DNA of 59,846 nt from a virus (IMGVR_UViG_3300048823_000098:1-59846), one strand, 5' to 3'. Positions 1-8,380 are shown, counted from the first letter of the stretch. Translations and numbers: made by a program. Notes: a model not told the origin generated them from the letters alone.

Positions 1-127
1 GGCGCCCCATCGAAAGACCGCACATCGAATGAGGATGATCCTGTCCGCACTGAGATGACGGACAGTGAGTGGGAAGAACTGGGCAGCGCCCTGCGTCACA
101 TCCAGCAGGGCGACTTTGCTGAAACCA
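1..127. repeat. Contig-end overlap identical to 59720..59846 (circular or terminally redundant genome, unit 59719 bp)
   Basis: The first 127 nt (ggcgccccatcgaaagaccg...gctgaaacca) recur exactly as the last 127 nt. Confidence 0.95.
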
Positions 128-1914
128 ACGAGGGATGGTCGGAGATAGGCTATGCGCTCCTCTCAATCAAGGACACGCGACCCGCAGCACAGCTCTGGCT
201 CGACTTCTCAAAGCAAGCCGCTAACTACGAGCCGGGTCAGCCCGAAAGTTGGTGGTCTGCTCACGTTAATCAGGTTCCCCGATCTGACTTCCGCCACATA
301 TTTTCTATCGCGCGAGCCAATGGTTGGGGAAAGACTGTTCCTGCAGAAGCCTTCGGGCTCGTTGAGTCCGGGGGAAACCCCGCACCCGTCACAGTGGGAC
401 GATTACCGGTGGTGGACGATAAAGGGCAAGTCTGTACAGTCGATCCAATGCCACCCAAGCCCGCTCGCGAAACGATACGAATTGAGGGTGGAAACCTGCC
501 GCTCTGCATCGAGTGGTGCACAACGCTGATGAAGGATGAGCTGTATCACAACGGCGGACAGCTGCTGCGCGTCGAGGATACAACGATGCGCCCCATGCCC
601 GCGGGGCTGCTGGCTGAACGATTGACCCAGCTGGCGAAGTGGCAGAAGTTCGACGCGCGTGCTAAGGGCTGGGTCGACATCAACTGCCCTGACGATATCG
701 CGGACAAGTTCGTCAAGCGCTCGATTTGGGATCTGCGACAGCTCGAAGCCATCGTCACCGCGCCATTCATCCGACCGGACGGGAGTATTTGCGATGAGCC
801 AGGATACGACGCGGCAACCCACGCAATATATAGTCCCAATGCCACCTTCCCTGCGATCTTATCTGAGCCTACTGAGGCAGATGCGAGACGCGCCCTTGAT
901 GTACTCCTATCCCCGTTCGACGAGTTCCCGTATCAAGACGAGTATGCCCGCAGCGCCTTCGCTGCTCATCTACTCACCGAAGCCACCCGCCTGTCGGTAG
1001 ATTGTTCGCCGATGTTTTGGTATACGGCCGCAGATCCAGGCGCCGGTAAATCGATGCTGACCGATATGCCCAGCACCATCGTGCACGGCAAGCGCCCGCC
1101 GCGCCGTCCGTGGCTGCGCTCCGAGGACGAGCTGCGCAAGACGCTGATGTCCTCGATGTTGGCCGGCAATCGCAACATGATCTTCGACAACATGCCCAAC
1201 GGGTTCAAGGCGCGCGCTGCGGAGCTGTGCGCGGTGATCACGGCTACCGAGTGGCAGGACCGCAAGCTAGGCGTGAGTGAATCACCCATCGTGCGCAATC
1301 GCATGGTCATCAGCGCATCGGGTAACAACGTCACGCCCGTGGCGGATATGGCCCGACGCTCACTGGTGATACGACTCGTCGCACCGAACGGCGCGGACGC
1401 AGGGCGCGAGTACAAGATACCCGACTTGCGCGAGTACGTGAACGAGCACCGCCCCGAGCTGCTGGTTGCTGCACTGACAATCGTGCGCGCGTACCGGCTG
1501 CACGGAGCTACGCGCAAGTACCCGGCGCCCTTGCCCACATTCGAGCAGTGGTCGAAGCGCGTACGCAACCCGATGCTGTGGCTCGGATTGCCTGATCCAG
1601 TCGAGACGCAGAAGGAAACCGACCCGGAGACCGCGGGGCTGGGTGCAGTCTTCAGGATCCTCGGCCCGATGTTCGCCGGCAGCGAGATATCCGCGCCCGA
1701 CATCGCGCGGGCCGCCGGCAATCACGACAAGCTGAACGATGCGCTCGTCGCCGCCGGATGCGATGAGCCTTACAGCCCGCGCAAGGTAGGGTACTGGCTG
1801 CGCGAGAATCGTGACAGGAGGGGCGGCACGTGGAAACTGATTCACGGTCAGAAGACTGAGGACGGTCGCACCTGGGCAATCGTATCAACACAAACGAACG
1901 AGGATTTAGCATGA
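1..1914 (+). CDS. Replication primase/P-loop NTPase, 3' two-thirds. Same ORF as 59063..59846 across the circular junction.
   Basis: The frame is open from base 1 and in phase with the 59063 ORF. It has a Walker-A-like AADPGAGKSM. Size and layout resemble P4/D5-type phage primase-helicases. Confidence 0.85.
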   Translation, partial: GAPSKDRTSNEDDPVRTEMTDSEWEELGSALRHIQQGDFAETNEGWSEIGYALLSIKDTRPAAQLWLDFSKQAANYEPGQPESWWSAHVNQVPRSDFRHIFSIARANGWGKTVPAEAFGLVESGGNPAPVTVGRLPVVDDKGQVCTVDPMPPKPARETIRIEGGNLPLCIEWCTTLMKDELYHNGGQLLRVEDTTMRPMPAGLLAERLTQLAKWQKFDARAKGWVDINCPDDIADKFVKRSIWDLRQLEAIVTAPFIRPDGSICDEPGYDAATHAIYSPNATFPAILSEPTEADARRALDVLLSPFDEFPYQDEYARSAFAAHLLTEATRLSVDCSPMFWYTAADPGAGKSMLTDMPSTIVHGKRPPRRPWLRSEDELRKTLMSSMLAGNRNMIFDNMPNGFKARAAELCAVITATEWQDRKLGVSESPIVRNRMVISASGNNVTPVADMARRSLVIRLVAPNGADAGREYKIPDLREYVNEHRPELLVAALTIVRAYRLHGATRKYPAPLPTFEQWSKRVRNPMLWLGLPDPVETQKETDPETAGLGAVFRILGPMFAGSEISAPDIARAAGNHDKLNDALVAAGCDEPYSPRKVGYWLRENRDRRGGTWKLIHGQKTEDGRTWAIVSTQTNEDLA

Positions 1915-2023
1915 GACTCTATTGGTTCGGATGGCCCTTCTACCGACGCCTGCCGGTGTACGGGAAGGAGTGCATCGCCATCACGAGTTTCGGTCGCGCA
2001 TGGATACTTGGATGGAGGTTTCG

Positions 2024-2212
2024 ATGAGCAAGATCAAACACCCGCAGAGCCGATGGAACAAGGGCAACCGGTTCCCGACAGGTGATGTCTCGGGCGCGTG
2101 GAACCGCAACCTGCAGCATCGTGAGCGTGCGCCTACCGAGAAGGCGTACATCGATAGCTTCGCGGAAGGCGAGCTGTTTAAACACGGGGCAAAGGTGCGG
2201 GCGCGCAAGTGA
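2024..2212 (+). CDS. Hypothetical small basic protein (62 aa)
   Basis: ATG follows GGAGG at 5 nt. Third-position GC is high. The stop overlaps the next start as GTGA. Confidence 0.55.
   Translation: MSKIKHPQSRWNKGNRFPTGDVSGAWNRNLQHRERAPTEKAYIDSFAEGELFKHGAKVRARK
2176..2183. repeat. GTTTAAAC palindrome copy
   Basis: Perfect octamer 26 nt upstream of the GTG start at 2209. Encoded as TTT AAA. Confidence 0.9.
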
Positions 2213-3018
2213 CATCAGCCGCTGAATCATTCGTCATAGCCCTCGGCCGCGCTTCGAGTCGGTCCAGCTATCACCTGCGCGGCCTGCAGCGTGCGGATCG
2301 AGATGATGTGACAGCCACAGCGCTGCTATGGTGCTGGCAGAATCGATCCACCTACACACCGCAGATCTCCCTGGAGGAATGGTTCCTCGGCGCCCTGCGC
2401 AACGCGCGCAGATCCTGGCAGTCGGGGGAGGGCATACGCGCTGAGAACCTGTCGGAGCACATCCCAGTAGCGGACAACGCTCTGGCTCACGCTGAGGCAA
2501 TGAGCGCGGCCCAACAGCTGACACAGACAGCGACACCCGAGCAGTGCGAAGTCGCGATACTGCAGGCCCAGGGACTCACACGAGCCGAGATCATGAAGAA
2601 GCTGCACGTCAGCAAGCGCACGGTCGATCTGGCGCGCAAACACCTCTCCCGACTGCGACGGCTGATGCCGGATTCGAGTGAGGTCATCACCGCGCTGCGC
2701 ACACGTGCATCGGCCGGGAGTAACGAGGGACACAAGATGGCAAAGATTGACCGCGACATCGAGAAGCTGTACAAACCGGAACTGGGCGGCAGCTCGGTGT
2801 TCGCAGACGACTACCGCATGGGTGAGCGAGTGCGAGTGAAGGAAGAGGACATTCGCAACACTGTGGCTATGTGGAGCGGCGGGGTCAACCTGATTTCGGA
2901 TTACGAGGGCGATGCGCCGAACAGGCGGCTCGCGCTGTATACAGTCAACAACGATACGATTACCTGGGTAGCTGAAGCACACGCCACCCTCACGGAGAAT
3001 ATTTATGTCCGACGCTAG
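2209..3018 (+). CDS. ECF-type sigma-70-like factor with a roughly 100-aa C-terminal extension
   Basis: Region-2-like DRDDVTATALLWCWQNRSTY...WFLGALRNARRSW. Region-4 HTH-like LTPEQCEVAILQAQGLTRAEIMKKLHVSKRTVDLARKHLSRLRRL. Confidence 0.6.
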   Translation: MTSAAESFVIALGRASSRSSYHLRGLQRADRDDVTATALLWCWQNRSTYTPQISLEEWFLGALRNARRSWQSGEGIRAENLSEHIPVADNALAHAEAMSAAQQLTQTATPEQCEVAILQAQGLTRAEIMKKLHVSKRTVDLARKHLSRLRRLMPDSSEVITALRTRASAGSNEGHKMAKIDRDIEKLYKPELGGSSVFADDYRMGERVRVKEEDIRNTVAMWSGGVNLISDYEGDAPNRRLALYTVNNDTITWVAEAHATLTENIYVRR

Positions 3019-3334
3019 TAACAACGTGAACAAAGAACAGGAAGCGATGATGATCGCACGCGCCCTGCGCATGGGCCTCGAACGCGATGCCGGCCCTGGC
3101 AACAGCGTGAACAGCACGCAGAACCCGTACATCATCGCGCTACAGGGTCACTTCGATCTGCTGAAGGTCGCGCGCATCGTTGGCGTCGAAGTCGAGAACT
3201 GGCAGACGTATCAGGCCGAGTTGGCAGCGAAGGCTGCGCGCGAAGCCGCGAAGCTGGCGGCGCTCGATGCGCCGCTAGAAGGCCCGCACGATGTGCGCGG
3301 CGATCCGCTGAAAGGCGGAGATTCGCTCGCATGA
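3005..3334 (+). CDS. Hypothetical protein (109 aa)
   Basis: ORF with high GC3 in the co-directional early operon. Its stop overlaps the next ATG (ATGA). Confidence 0.6.
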   Translation: MSDASNNVNKEQEAMMIARALRMGLERDAGPGNSVNSTQNPYIIALQGHFDLLKVARIVGVEVENWQTYQAELAAKAAREAAKLAALDAPLEGPHDVRGDPLKGGDSLA

Positions 3335-3498
3335 GCGGCTGGGTAGAGTCGAGGCCGCAACTTACTGAAGGCGATATCTTCATCGTCGAGGGCGTCCACG
3401 TGAAGCGCCGGTGGTGGTTGCTGTGGGAGTTCTGGCGCCGCGTGATGCCGTTGCAGCGGTTCACCGCTACCAGCGCGGACGTCGATGGCGCGGCATAG
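3331..3498 (+). CDS. Hypothetical small protein (55 aa, Trp/Arg-rich)
   Basis: ATGA overlap with the previous stop. Hand-counted GC3 is about 80 percent. Too short for the ORF track. Confidence 0.5.
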   Translation: MSGWVESRPQLTEGDIFIVEGVHVKRRWWLLWEFWRRVMPLQRFTATSADVDGAA

Positions 3499-3663
3499 GC
3501 GACAGCGGGCACGGCTGCCGTGCGGATGTCAGCCGAACGCGCACAAGTGGACGGATCCGTGTCCCGCTATCGTCCGCATTCAGCGGGCGAAAGCGGAGGC
3601 ACTTGACAAGGTTCTCAGTGGCGGGTTAAGGTCCGTCCCGTAATTAAATCTTTCGGAGCCACC

Positions 3664-3858
3664 ATGAGACTTCAAGTACAGAACCACGGATCCATCTTCC
3701 TGCTCCAGCCCCTCGACGGGCCGGTGCACGACTGGCTGCGCGAGCATGCGCCGCCCGAGGCGCAGACCCTGGGCCGCGCCCTCGCCGTCGAACCCCGCTA
3801 CGTAGAGCTTTGGATCAATCACGCCATAGAGTTCGGCATCGACGTGGAGGTCGTATGA
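3664..3858 (+). CDS. Hypothetical protein (64 aa)
   Basis: GGAG lies 7 nt upstream. GC3 is high. The antisense ORF 3580..3861 is judged a shadow. Confidence 0.6.
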   Translation: MRLQVQNHGSIFLLQPLDGPVHDWLREHAPPEAQTLGRALAVEPRYVELWINHAIEFGIDVEVV

Positions 3859-3956
3859 CATACATCTGGAACTTCGTCGCCTTCATCGTGGGTGTGCCTC
3901 GGTGGCGCGTCCGCGGTTCGGGATGGCATCAATTCGCACGGGAGCCACGCCGATGA
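3855..3956 (+). CDS. Possible 33-aa membrane peptide
   Basis: ATGA overlaps at both ends. Hydrophobic MTYIWNFVAFIVGV. Confidence 0.35.
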   Translation: MTYIWNFVAFIVGVPRWRVRGSGWHQFAREPRR

Positions 3957-4300
3957 GAACGCTAGGAGACCTTGTCATCGACATCTGCGTCATCGCGGCG
4001 GTCATCCTCACCTGCATCGCGTTCTCGGGCTGCGCAGCGCTAGAGCCCGACGTGTCGCTCGACGCGGTGCACGTCTCCCACGCGAGCCAGCACTTCGGAC
4101 CCAATCCCACAAACTACGGCTACGACTCCGCGCAGCTGGCGCTGCATTGGCGCGTCAAGCGATTCGAGCTGACAGTCGCCGACGGCGTCGTACTGGAGCC
4201 CTGTCATCCGGTAGCCGGCAATCCTGAGTGCGGCGCCCTGGTGGGCCCACGCGAGGTGTTCGAGGCCCGCGCATCCTATTTCATCTGGCAGCATCACTGA
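3953..4300 (+). CDS. Putative lipoprotein (candidate superinfection-exclusion-type moron)
   Basis: Signal peptide with lipobox: MRTLGDLVIDICVIAAVILTCIAFSGC. The start could also be 3902 or 3923. Confidence 0.6.
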   Translation: MRTLGDLVIDICVIAAVILTCIAFSGCAALEPDVSLDAVHVSHASQHFGPNPTNYGYDSAQLALHWRVKRFELTVADGVVLEPCHPVAGNPECGALVGPREVFEARASYFIWQHH

Positions 4301-4312
4301 GGTATTCAAGCT

Positions 4313-4705
4313 ATGTGTTTCATGATCAATCCAAAGGCAACAGCGCCGAAGTCGCGATACGCGTACAAGGTGCTCCGCTGGGTAGCCCATCCCATGATCG
4401 GTTACGAACTGCAGTCCGCGCAGCGTCATGGCTTCACCTGGGTCGTCGGCGAAGTTCGCGAGTGCGGTCCCGGCAAGCGTCGAGAGTGGACCGGCATCTC
4501 CAAGCTGGTCAAGGGGAAACGGGTCAAGGTGTACAACGCCAGTGTCGGCATCTACGTGTACCGTACGCTGCAGAAGGCGAAGGAAAACGCCGGTGGCGGG
4601 GTCGTGGTGGCGCGCGTGGTAGTCGATCCGAAGGATTGGCTGTATTCGGGTTTCACCGGGACCGCGACCTACGAGAAAGTGCGCCTGGACAAGGTGTACG
4701 CATGA
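4313..4705 (+). CDS. Hypothetical protein (130 aa)
   Basis: ORF with GAGG upstream. Its stop overlaps the next ATG (ATGA). Confidence 0.6.
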   Translation: MCFMINPKATAPKSRYAYKVLRWVAHPMIGYELQSAQRHGFTWVVGEVRECGPGKRREWTGISKLVKGKRVKVYNASVGIYVYRTLQKAKENAGGGVVVARVVVDPKDWLYSGFTGTATYEKVRLDKVYA

Positions 4706-4887
4706 GTCGCAAGCCGCAGTCCGACGTCGTCATTACGGAGCTGGACTGCGGCTGCACTCACAACGGTCACGGTGATCGCTGCGGCGAGTGGGTGAAGCGA
4801 TGCCCGCCGCACAAGGCCGCGCATGATGAGCTGCACGAGCGGGCAATGCGTGACTACCGTCGCAAATCAAACGAGGATCTACGCTAA
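4702..4887 (+). CDS. Small Cys/His-rich (zinc-binding-like) protein (61 aa)
   Basis: ATGA overlap and high GC3. Motif CGCTHNGHGDRCGEWVKRCPPH. Confidence 0.55.
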   Translation: MSRKPQSDVVITELDCGCTHNGHGDRCGEWVKRCPPHKAAHDELHERAMRDYRRKSNEDLR

Positions 4888-5003
4888 TGCACTTTCTAAT
4901 CTGTATTCTGCTCATCGTGGTCATCTGGAAGCTGGTGAAGGCATGAACGACGAGCTGGTGTGGCGTCCGGTTCCCGACTTCGGGGAGACATTTCAAGTAT
5001 CGG

Positions 5004-5078
5004 TGGAGGGTAGCTCAGTGGTAGAGCGCGGAACTGTTAATCCCGTGGTCGAAGGTTCGATCCCTTCCCCTCCAGCCA
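5004..5078 (+). tRNA. trnN: tRNA-Asn (anticodon GTT) with encoded CCA
   Basis: Hand-folded cloverleaf. The 7-bp acceptor stem TGGAGGG/CCCTCCA is fully paired. D arm GCTC-AGTGGTA-GAGC. Anticodon loop CTGTTAA. T arm GAAGG-TTCGATC-CCTTC. Discriminator G plus CCA. One A-C mismatch in the anticodon stem. Confidence 0.9.
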
Positions 5079-5098
5079 ACATCGTGCCGGCATCGCTC

Positions 5099-5419
5099 AT
5101 GGATCTGATACTGAGCGACGAGCCATACTTCCCGGGGCGTGACTTCCCCGACCGCGAGAAGTGGCTGGAGCGCCGCTACACGAACCCCTCGAAGCGCGGC
5201 GTCCCGTGCGCGCTGCTGGCGCGTGGTCAAGTCAACAACCGCAAGGCGCGACGATCCGGCCGGTTCAATCCCGATCTGCCGAAGGCGCAGCCGCTGTACG
5301 GCGGCATCAACCGCATGAAGCGCGTGCTGAACACGACCGAGGAAGGTCACAAATCCCTGGTGCAGCAGCGCCAGGACTTCTACAACCGGAGGAGCGATGA
5401 GCAAGCCAGAACGAAGTAA
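5099..5419 (+). CDS. Hypothetical basic protein (106 aa)
   Basis: High GC3 downstream of the tRNA. This is the in-frame continuation of track ORF 4823..5419. The start is taken as the first ATG after the tRNA. Confidence 0.5.
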   Translation: MDLILSDEPYFPGRDFPDREKWLERRYTNPSKRGVPCALLARGQVNNRKARRSGRFNPDLPKAQPLYGGINRMKRVLNTTEEGHKSLVQQRQDFYNRRSDEQARTK

Positions 5420-5561
5420 CGTCGTCTATCAGGTGTGGTCGACACACGAGGACGGTCAGCAGGTGATGGAGACTCGTCGCACGGATCAGAGCGTTGCGTA
5501 CAGCGACATGAGCATCATCAAGTCGATCCTGTTCCGCAGCGCCTGGGTGGTCGAGGCATAG
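5397..5561 (+). CDS. Hypothetical small protein (54 aa)
   Basis: GGAGGAG lies just upstream. GC3 is about 78 percent by hand count. It overlaps the previous ORF by 23 nt. Confidence 0.45.
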   Translation: MSKPERSNVVYQVWSTHEDGQQVMETRRTDQSVAYSDMSIIKSILFRSAWVVEA

Positions 5562-5581
5562 CCTCGGGAGGAAGGATAGCC

Positions 5582-6007
5582 ATGAGTGAAGTTACAAACG
5601 ATCCGGCGCCGGTTGAGTCTCATCAGACCGTACTGACATCACGAGCGATTTTCAAGAGCGCCGTAACTACAGCGCTGGCCTACCTAGATTGCGAGCACCC
5701 GATGGTTGACTCAGCGGTTGCAAGGCTGAAGCAGGCATTCGATGAAGACGCCGAACTAGACTCTCCCCCATCCCAATTGATTAGAGATCCGCAGCCCGAC
5801 TGTGAACGCGCCCGAATGGAAGTTACCCTGGGGCGACATGTTCGATGGCGCGAGACGGCACTTGAATTCTTTCATCAGGTCATGAACGACCGCGCCACTG
5901 AATTCAAATGGCCGAAACTGATGGAGTTCGTCGAGCAATCAGAAACTCGCGTGGTAGCGGCGTCTCCTCCCAGCGCAGGCGCGTTCGAGGCCGACTACGA
6001 TGACTGA
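5582..6007 (+). CDS. Hypothetical acidic protein (141 aa) with atypical, lower-GC codon usage
   Basis: GGGAGGAAGG SD. Visibly more A/T-ending codons than its neighbours. Confidence 0.65.
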   Translation: MSEVTNDPAPVESHQTVLTSRAIFKSAVTTALAYLDCEHPMVDSAVARLKQAFDEDAELDSPPSQLIRDPQPDCERARMEVTLGRHVRWRETALEFFHQVMNDRATEFKWPKLMEFVEQSETRVVAASPPSAGAFEADYDD

Positions 6008-6053
6008 GTGCCGGCACTTGTGGATCCGCCAGTGGTTTGCTAGGCTGCGGTTC

Positions 6054-6071
6054 ACAGACCTGTGGGTCTGT
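6054..6071. repeat. Inverted repeat ACAGACC-tgtg-GGTCTGT upstream of the recombinase gene
   Basis: Perfect 7-bp arms, 39 nt before the ATG at 6110. No T-run, so it is not a terminator. Confidence 0.7.
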
Positions 6072-6109
6072 CATAACTGCAAAGCTGAATCACTGACCCG
6101 GAGACCGCC

Positions 6110-6922
6110 ATGACCAACGTAGCCCTGTATGCGAGGTTTTCCAGTGACCAACAACGCGACGCCAGCATCGAGGATCAGTTTCGACAGTGCGAGCGCGTTG
6201 CCGAAGCAAACTCGTTTACCGTGGTATGCCGATATGAGGATCGTGGGATCTCGGGCGGTACTACTGAACGCCCCGGTTATCAGCTGCTGCTTCAGGCAGC
6301 GCGGTCTGGCGTCATCCAAGTTATTATCGTTGAGGACATCAGCCGGCTCTGGCGCAACAGGGCCGAGTTTGGGGCCCGTAGCGCCGAGCTAGAAGACCTG
6401 GGCATCAACGTAGTCACCTGCGTCGGCGAGGACACCAGACGCGACGGATGGGGCCTTGTGATGGCGATCAAGGGCGCCATCGCCGAGCACGCCCGCAAAG
6501 AGATCAGCTTCCGCACCCGACGGGGACTTGAAGGACTCGCCCTGGCCGGCAAGTCGACAGGCGCCCACCCGGTGTATGGGTACAGCGACCCCGGACACGC
6601 CCAGGTCGTGCGGGAGATCTTCGAGATGCGCGCCGCCGGTAGCGGGCTTGGTCGCATCGCAGCATACCTCAATTCGAACGTGACCCCGGCCCCCCGCGGA
6701 GGCGCCTGGAGCAAATGGGGCGTAAGGGCCGTCCTTTCCAATCCTCGCTACGCCGGCCGGGTTCTGTGGGGCAGGACTGAGACTAAGGGCGGGGCACGAG
6801 ACAGTCGCCATAAACGCCGCGTAGCGCGTTCTAGGCCCATCGTGGATCGGTTCGATGCTGCACTGCAACTGGTATCCCCCGAGCTGTGGGCCCGCGCGCA
6901 GAAAGCTGTTGACAGGGTATGA
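6110..6922 (+). CDS. Large-serine-recombinase family protein, C-terminally truncated (270 aa)
   Basis: Resolvase catalytic N-terminus VALYARFSSDQQRDASIEDQ. Recombinase-domain motifs follow (YGY...VREIF...LSNPRYAG). No zinc-ribbon or coiled-coil region. Confidence 0.85.
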   Translation: MTNVALYARFSSDQQRDASIEDQFRQCERVAEANSFTVVCRYEDRGISGGTTERPGYQLLLQAARSGVIQVIIVEDISRLWRNRAEFGARSAELEDLGINVVTCVGEDTRRDGWGLVMAIKGAIAEHARKEISFRTRRGLEGLALAGKSTGAHPVYGYSDPGHAQVVREIFEMRAAGSGLGRIAAYLNSNVTPAPRGGAWSKWGVRAVLSNPRYAGRVLWGRTETKGGARDSRHKRRVARSRPIVDRFDAALQLVSPELWARAQKAVDRV

Positions 6923-6974
6923 GGGATCGGCGAGAATCGCCCTCGGTAATTCAATAACTGTTCAGGAGCTAGCC

Positions 6975-7214
6975 ATGATCATCACCGCTCTCAGCCTCGA
7001 CTTGGTACCCATCGCGGCCAACGTCCACCCGAGCGCCGCCAACGTCGCCCACCAGCGGTCCTACATCAAGACCCATCTCTCCGCCTTCCTTCTGCAGAAC
7101 CCCGATTTTGTGCGGGTCGACGCCACCGAGCAGCCGGCGCCGCACGTCTGCCAGCCGTGGTGCCCGATAAACCACGCCAAGTCCAACGTCATCCAGTTCC
7201 CGGTGCGGGCATGA
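6975..7214 (+). CDS. Hypothetical protein (79 aa)
   Basis: AGGAG lies 6 nt upstream. GC3 is high. ATGA overlap with the next gene. Confidence 0.6.
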   Translation: MIITALSLDLVPIAANVHPSAANVAHQRSYIKTHLSAFLLQNPDFVRVDATEQPAPHVCQPWCPINHAKSNVIQFPVRA

Positions 7215-7798
7215 GCGCCGCCCTCACCCGGGAAGGCTGGCTGACCATCGTCGCCGAGCGGTACCTCTGGCCGCTCATCGACGCGCACGCCGGCATGAAG
7301 CGCCGCGACGCCACGCGATTCGTTCGCTACTCCATCGGATTCCCCAAGGGCTCGCGCGGCGGGCGCAAGTCGGTGGGGCAGTGCTGGAGCCCGACGGCTA
7401 GCGGAGACGGGGCGAGCGAGATCTTCATCTCCCCGATCCTCTCGCCCTTCGACTCCGTCCACACCCTGCTGCATGAGCTGATTCACGCCCAGGTCGGGCT
7501 CCAGCACAAGCACCGTGGTGCGTTTAAACAGTTGGCCCTGGCAGTCGGGCTCACGGGCCAGATGACGGCAACGGTCCCTGGCGAAGCGCTTACCGGCAGT
7601 ATCAACGCGTGGCTGGAGAAGCTGCCGGCCTTCCCAGGCGCGGTGATGAAGGAACGCGAGAACCCGAACAAGCAGACCACTCGCCTGATCAAGTGCCAGT
7701 GCAACGACTGCGGGTACACCGTGCGGACCACCGCGCGATGGCTCGAAGTCGGCGCGCCGCACTGCCCCGAGCACGGCGAAATGGAGGTGATGTCATGA
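7211..7798 (+). CDS. SprT-like zinc metalloprotease domain protein with C-terminal zinc ribbon
   Basis: HELIH (HExxH) motif. C-terminal CQCNDCGY...HCPEHG. Confidence 0.75.
   Translation: MSAALTREGWLTIVAERYLWPLIDAHAGMKRRDATRFVRYSIGFPKGSRGGRKSVGQCWSPTASGDGASEIFISPILSPFDSVHTLLHELIHAQVGLQHKHRGAFKQLALAVGLTGQMTATVPGEALTGSINAWLEKLPAFPGAVMKERENPNKQTTRLIKCQCNDCGYTVRTTARWLEVGAPHCPEHGEMEVMS
7522..7529. repeat. GTTTAAAC palindrome copy
   Basis: Perfect octamer inside the SprT-like gene (TTT AAA codons). Confidence 0.9.
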
Positions 7799-8031
7799 AG
7801 CGCCCCAACAAGAACCCCGGGATCGAGTACGGACTCGCCCTGGAGGAGTGGTGTCGACAACGGGCGATGTGCGGTACCACCTGTGAGATGAAGCGCGCGG
7901 AGCGGCGCCTGTCACGCGCGTTCACCGCGTTCACCGCGTGGCAGGCTGCGCGTGAGCGCATCCGCAAGGCCGACAAGAAACTCGACGGACAGTTTGCCTA
8001 CGCGGCCGGTGAGGCTAAGGCACAGTCGTGA
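7795..8031 (+). CDS. Hypothetical protein (78 aa)
   Basis: ATGA overlap with the previous stop. High GC3. Confidence 0.6.
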   Translation: MKRPNKNPGIEYGLALEEWCRQRAMCGTTCEMKRAERRLSRAFTAFTAWQAARERIRKADKKLDGQFAYAAGEAKAQS

Positions 8032-8062
8032 AGCCCCGGCTTTCATACTCATCGAAGGGACT

Positions 8063-8090
8063 GGGCTACTGGGTAGCCCGGTCTTTTCTC
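8063..8090 (+). terminator. Rho-independent terminator
   Basis: GGGCTAC-tgg-GTAGCCC stem followed by ggTCTTTTCTC. Confidence 0.65.
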
Positions 8091-8136
8091 AACGGATTTT
8101 GTACCCAGGGTGTTGGATCAACTGCAGAGGAAGCCT

Positions 8137-8355
8137 ATGAGCGCTGGAAAGAACTTAACGGGGACGGTCCCCGCTGGGCGCACACGCGCCTTCGAACGGT
8201 TCCTGAACGACCTTCCGAAATCTGATCCGCTGCGCCGGCAGATTGAGGCCGCGGAACGCAGATACTTGACAGACCGCCTGGATCGTGCCACCGTAGAAGA
8301 GTCGATCTACGCAGATCAGATGCATGGCCCTCGCCAGCAGATCTTCGTAGTATGA
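8137..8355 (+). CDS. Hypothetical protein (72 aa)
   Basis: AGAGGAAG SD. In the overlap with track ORF 8028..8225 this frame has the higher GC3. Confidence 0.55.
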   Translation: MSAGKNLTGTVPAGRTRAFERFLNDLPKSDPLRRQIEAAERRYLTDRLDRATVEESIYADQMHGPRQQIFVV

Positions 8356-8380
8356 GCCCATCAACTATTCAGGAGTCAAC

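Noticed and set aside
3603-3631. Promoter TTGACA-N17-TTAAGG upstream of 3664
   Set aside because: The -10 candidate matches the consensus at only about 2 of 6 positions.
3580-3861. 93-aa minus-strand ORF antisense to 3664..3858
   Set aside because: All neighbours are on the plus strand. The plus ORF has an SD, high GC3 and an ATGA coupling to the next gene.
6924-6950. Terminator after the recombinase gene (GGCGA-gaa-TCGCC)
   Set aside because: The stem is only 5 bp with a 3-nt loop, and there is no T-run.
8028-8225. 65-aa track ORF with a GTGA overlap to the previous gene
   Set aside because: Its GC3 is low (about 52 percent). It contains a clean stem-loop plus T-run terminator (8063..8090). 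It also overlaps the better-supported ORF 8137..8355 by 89 nt.
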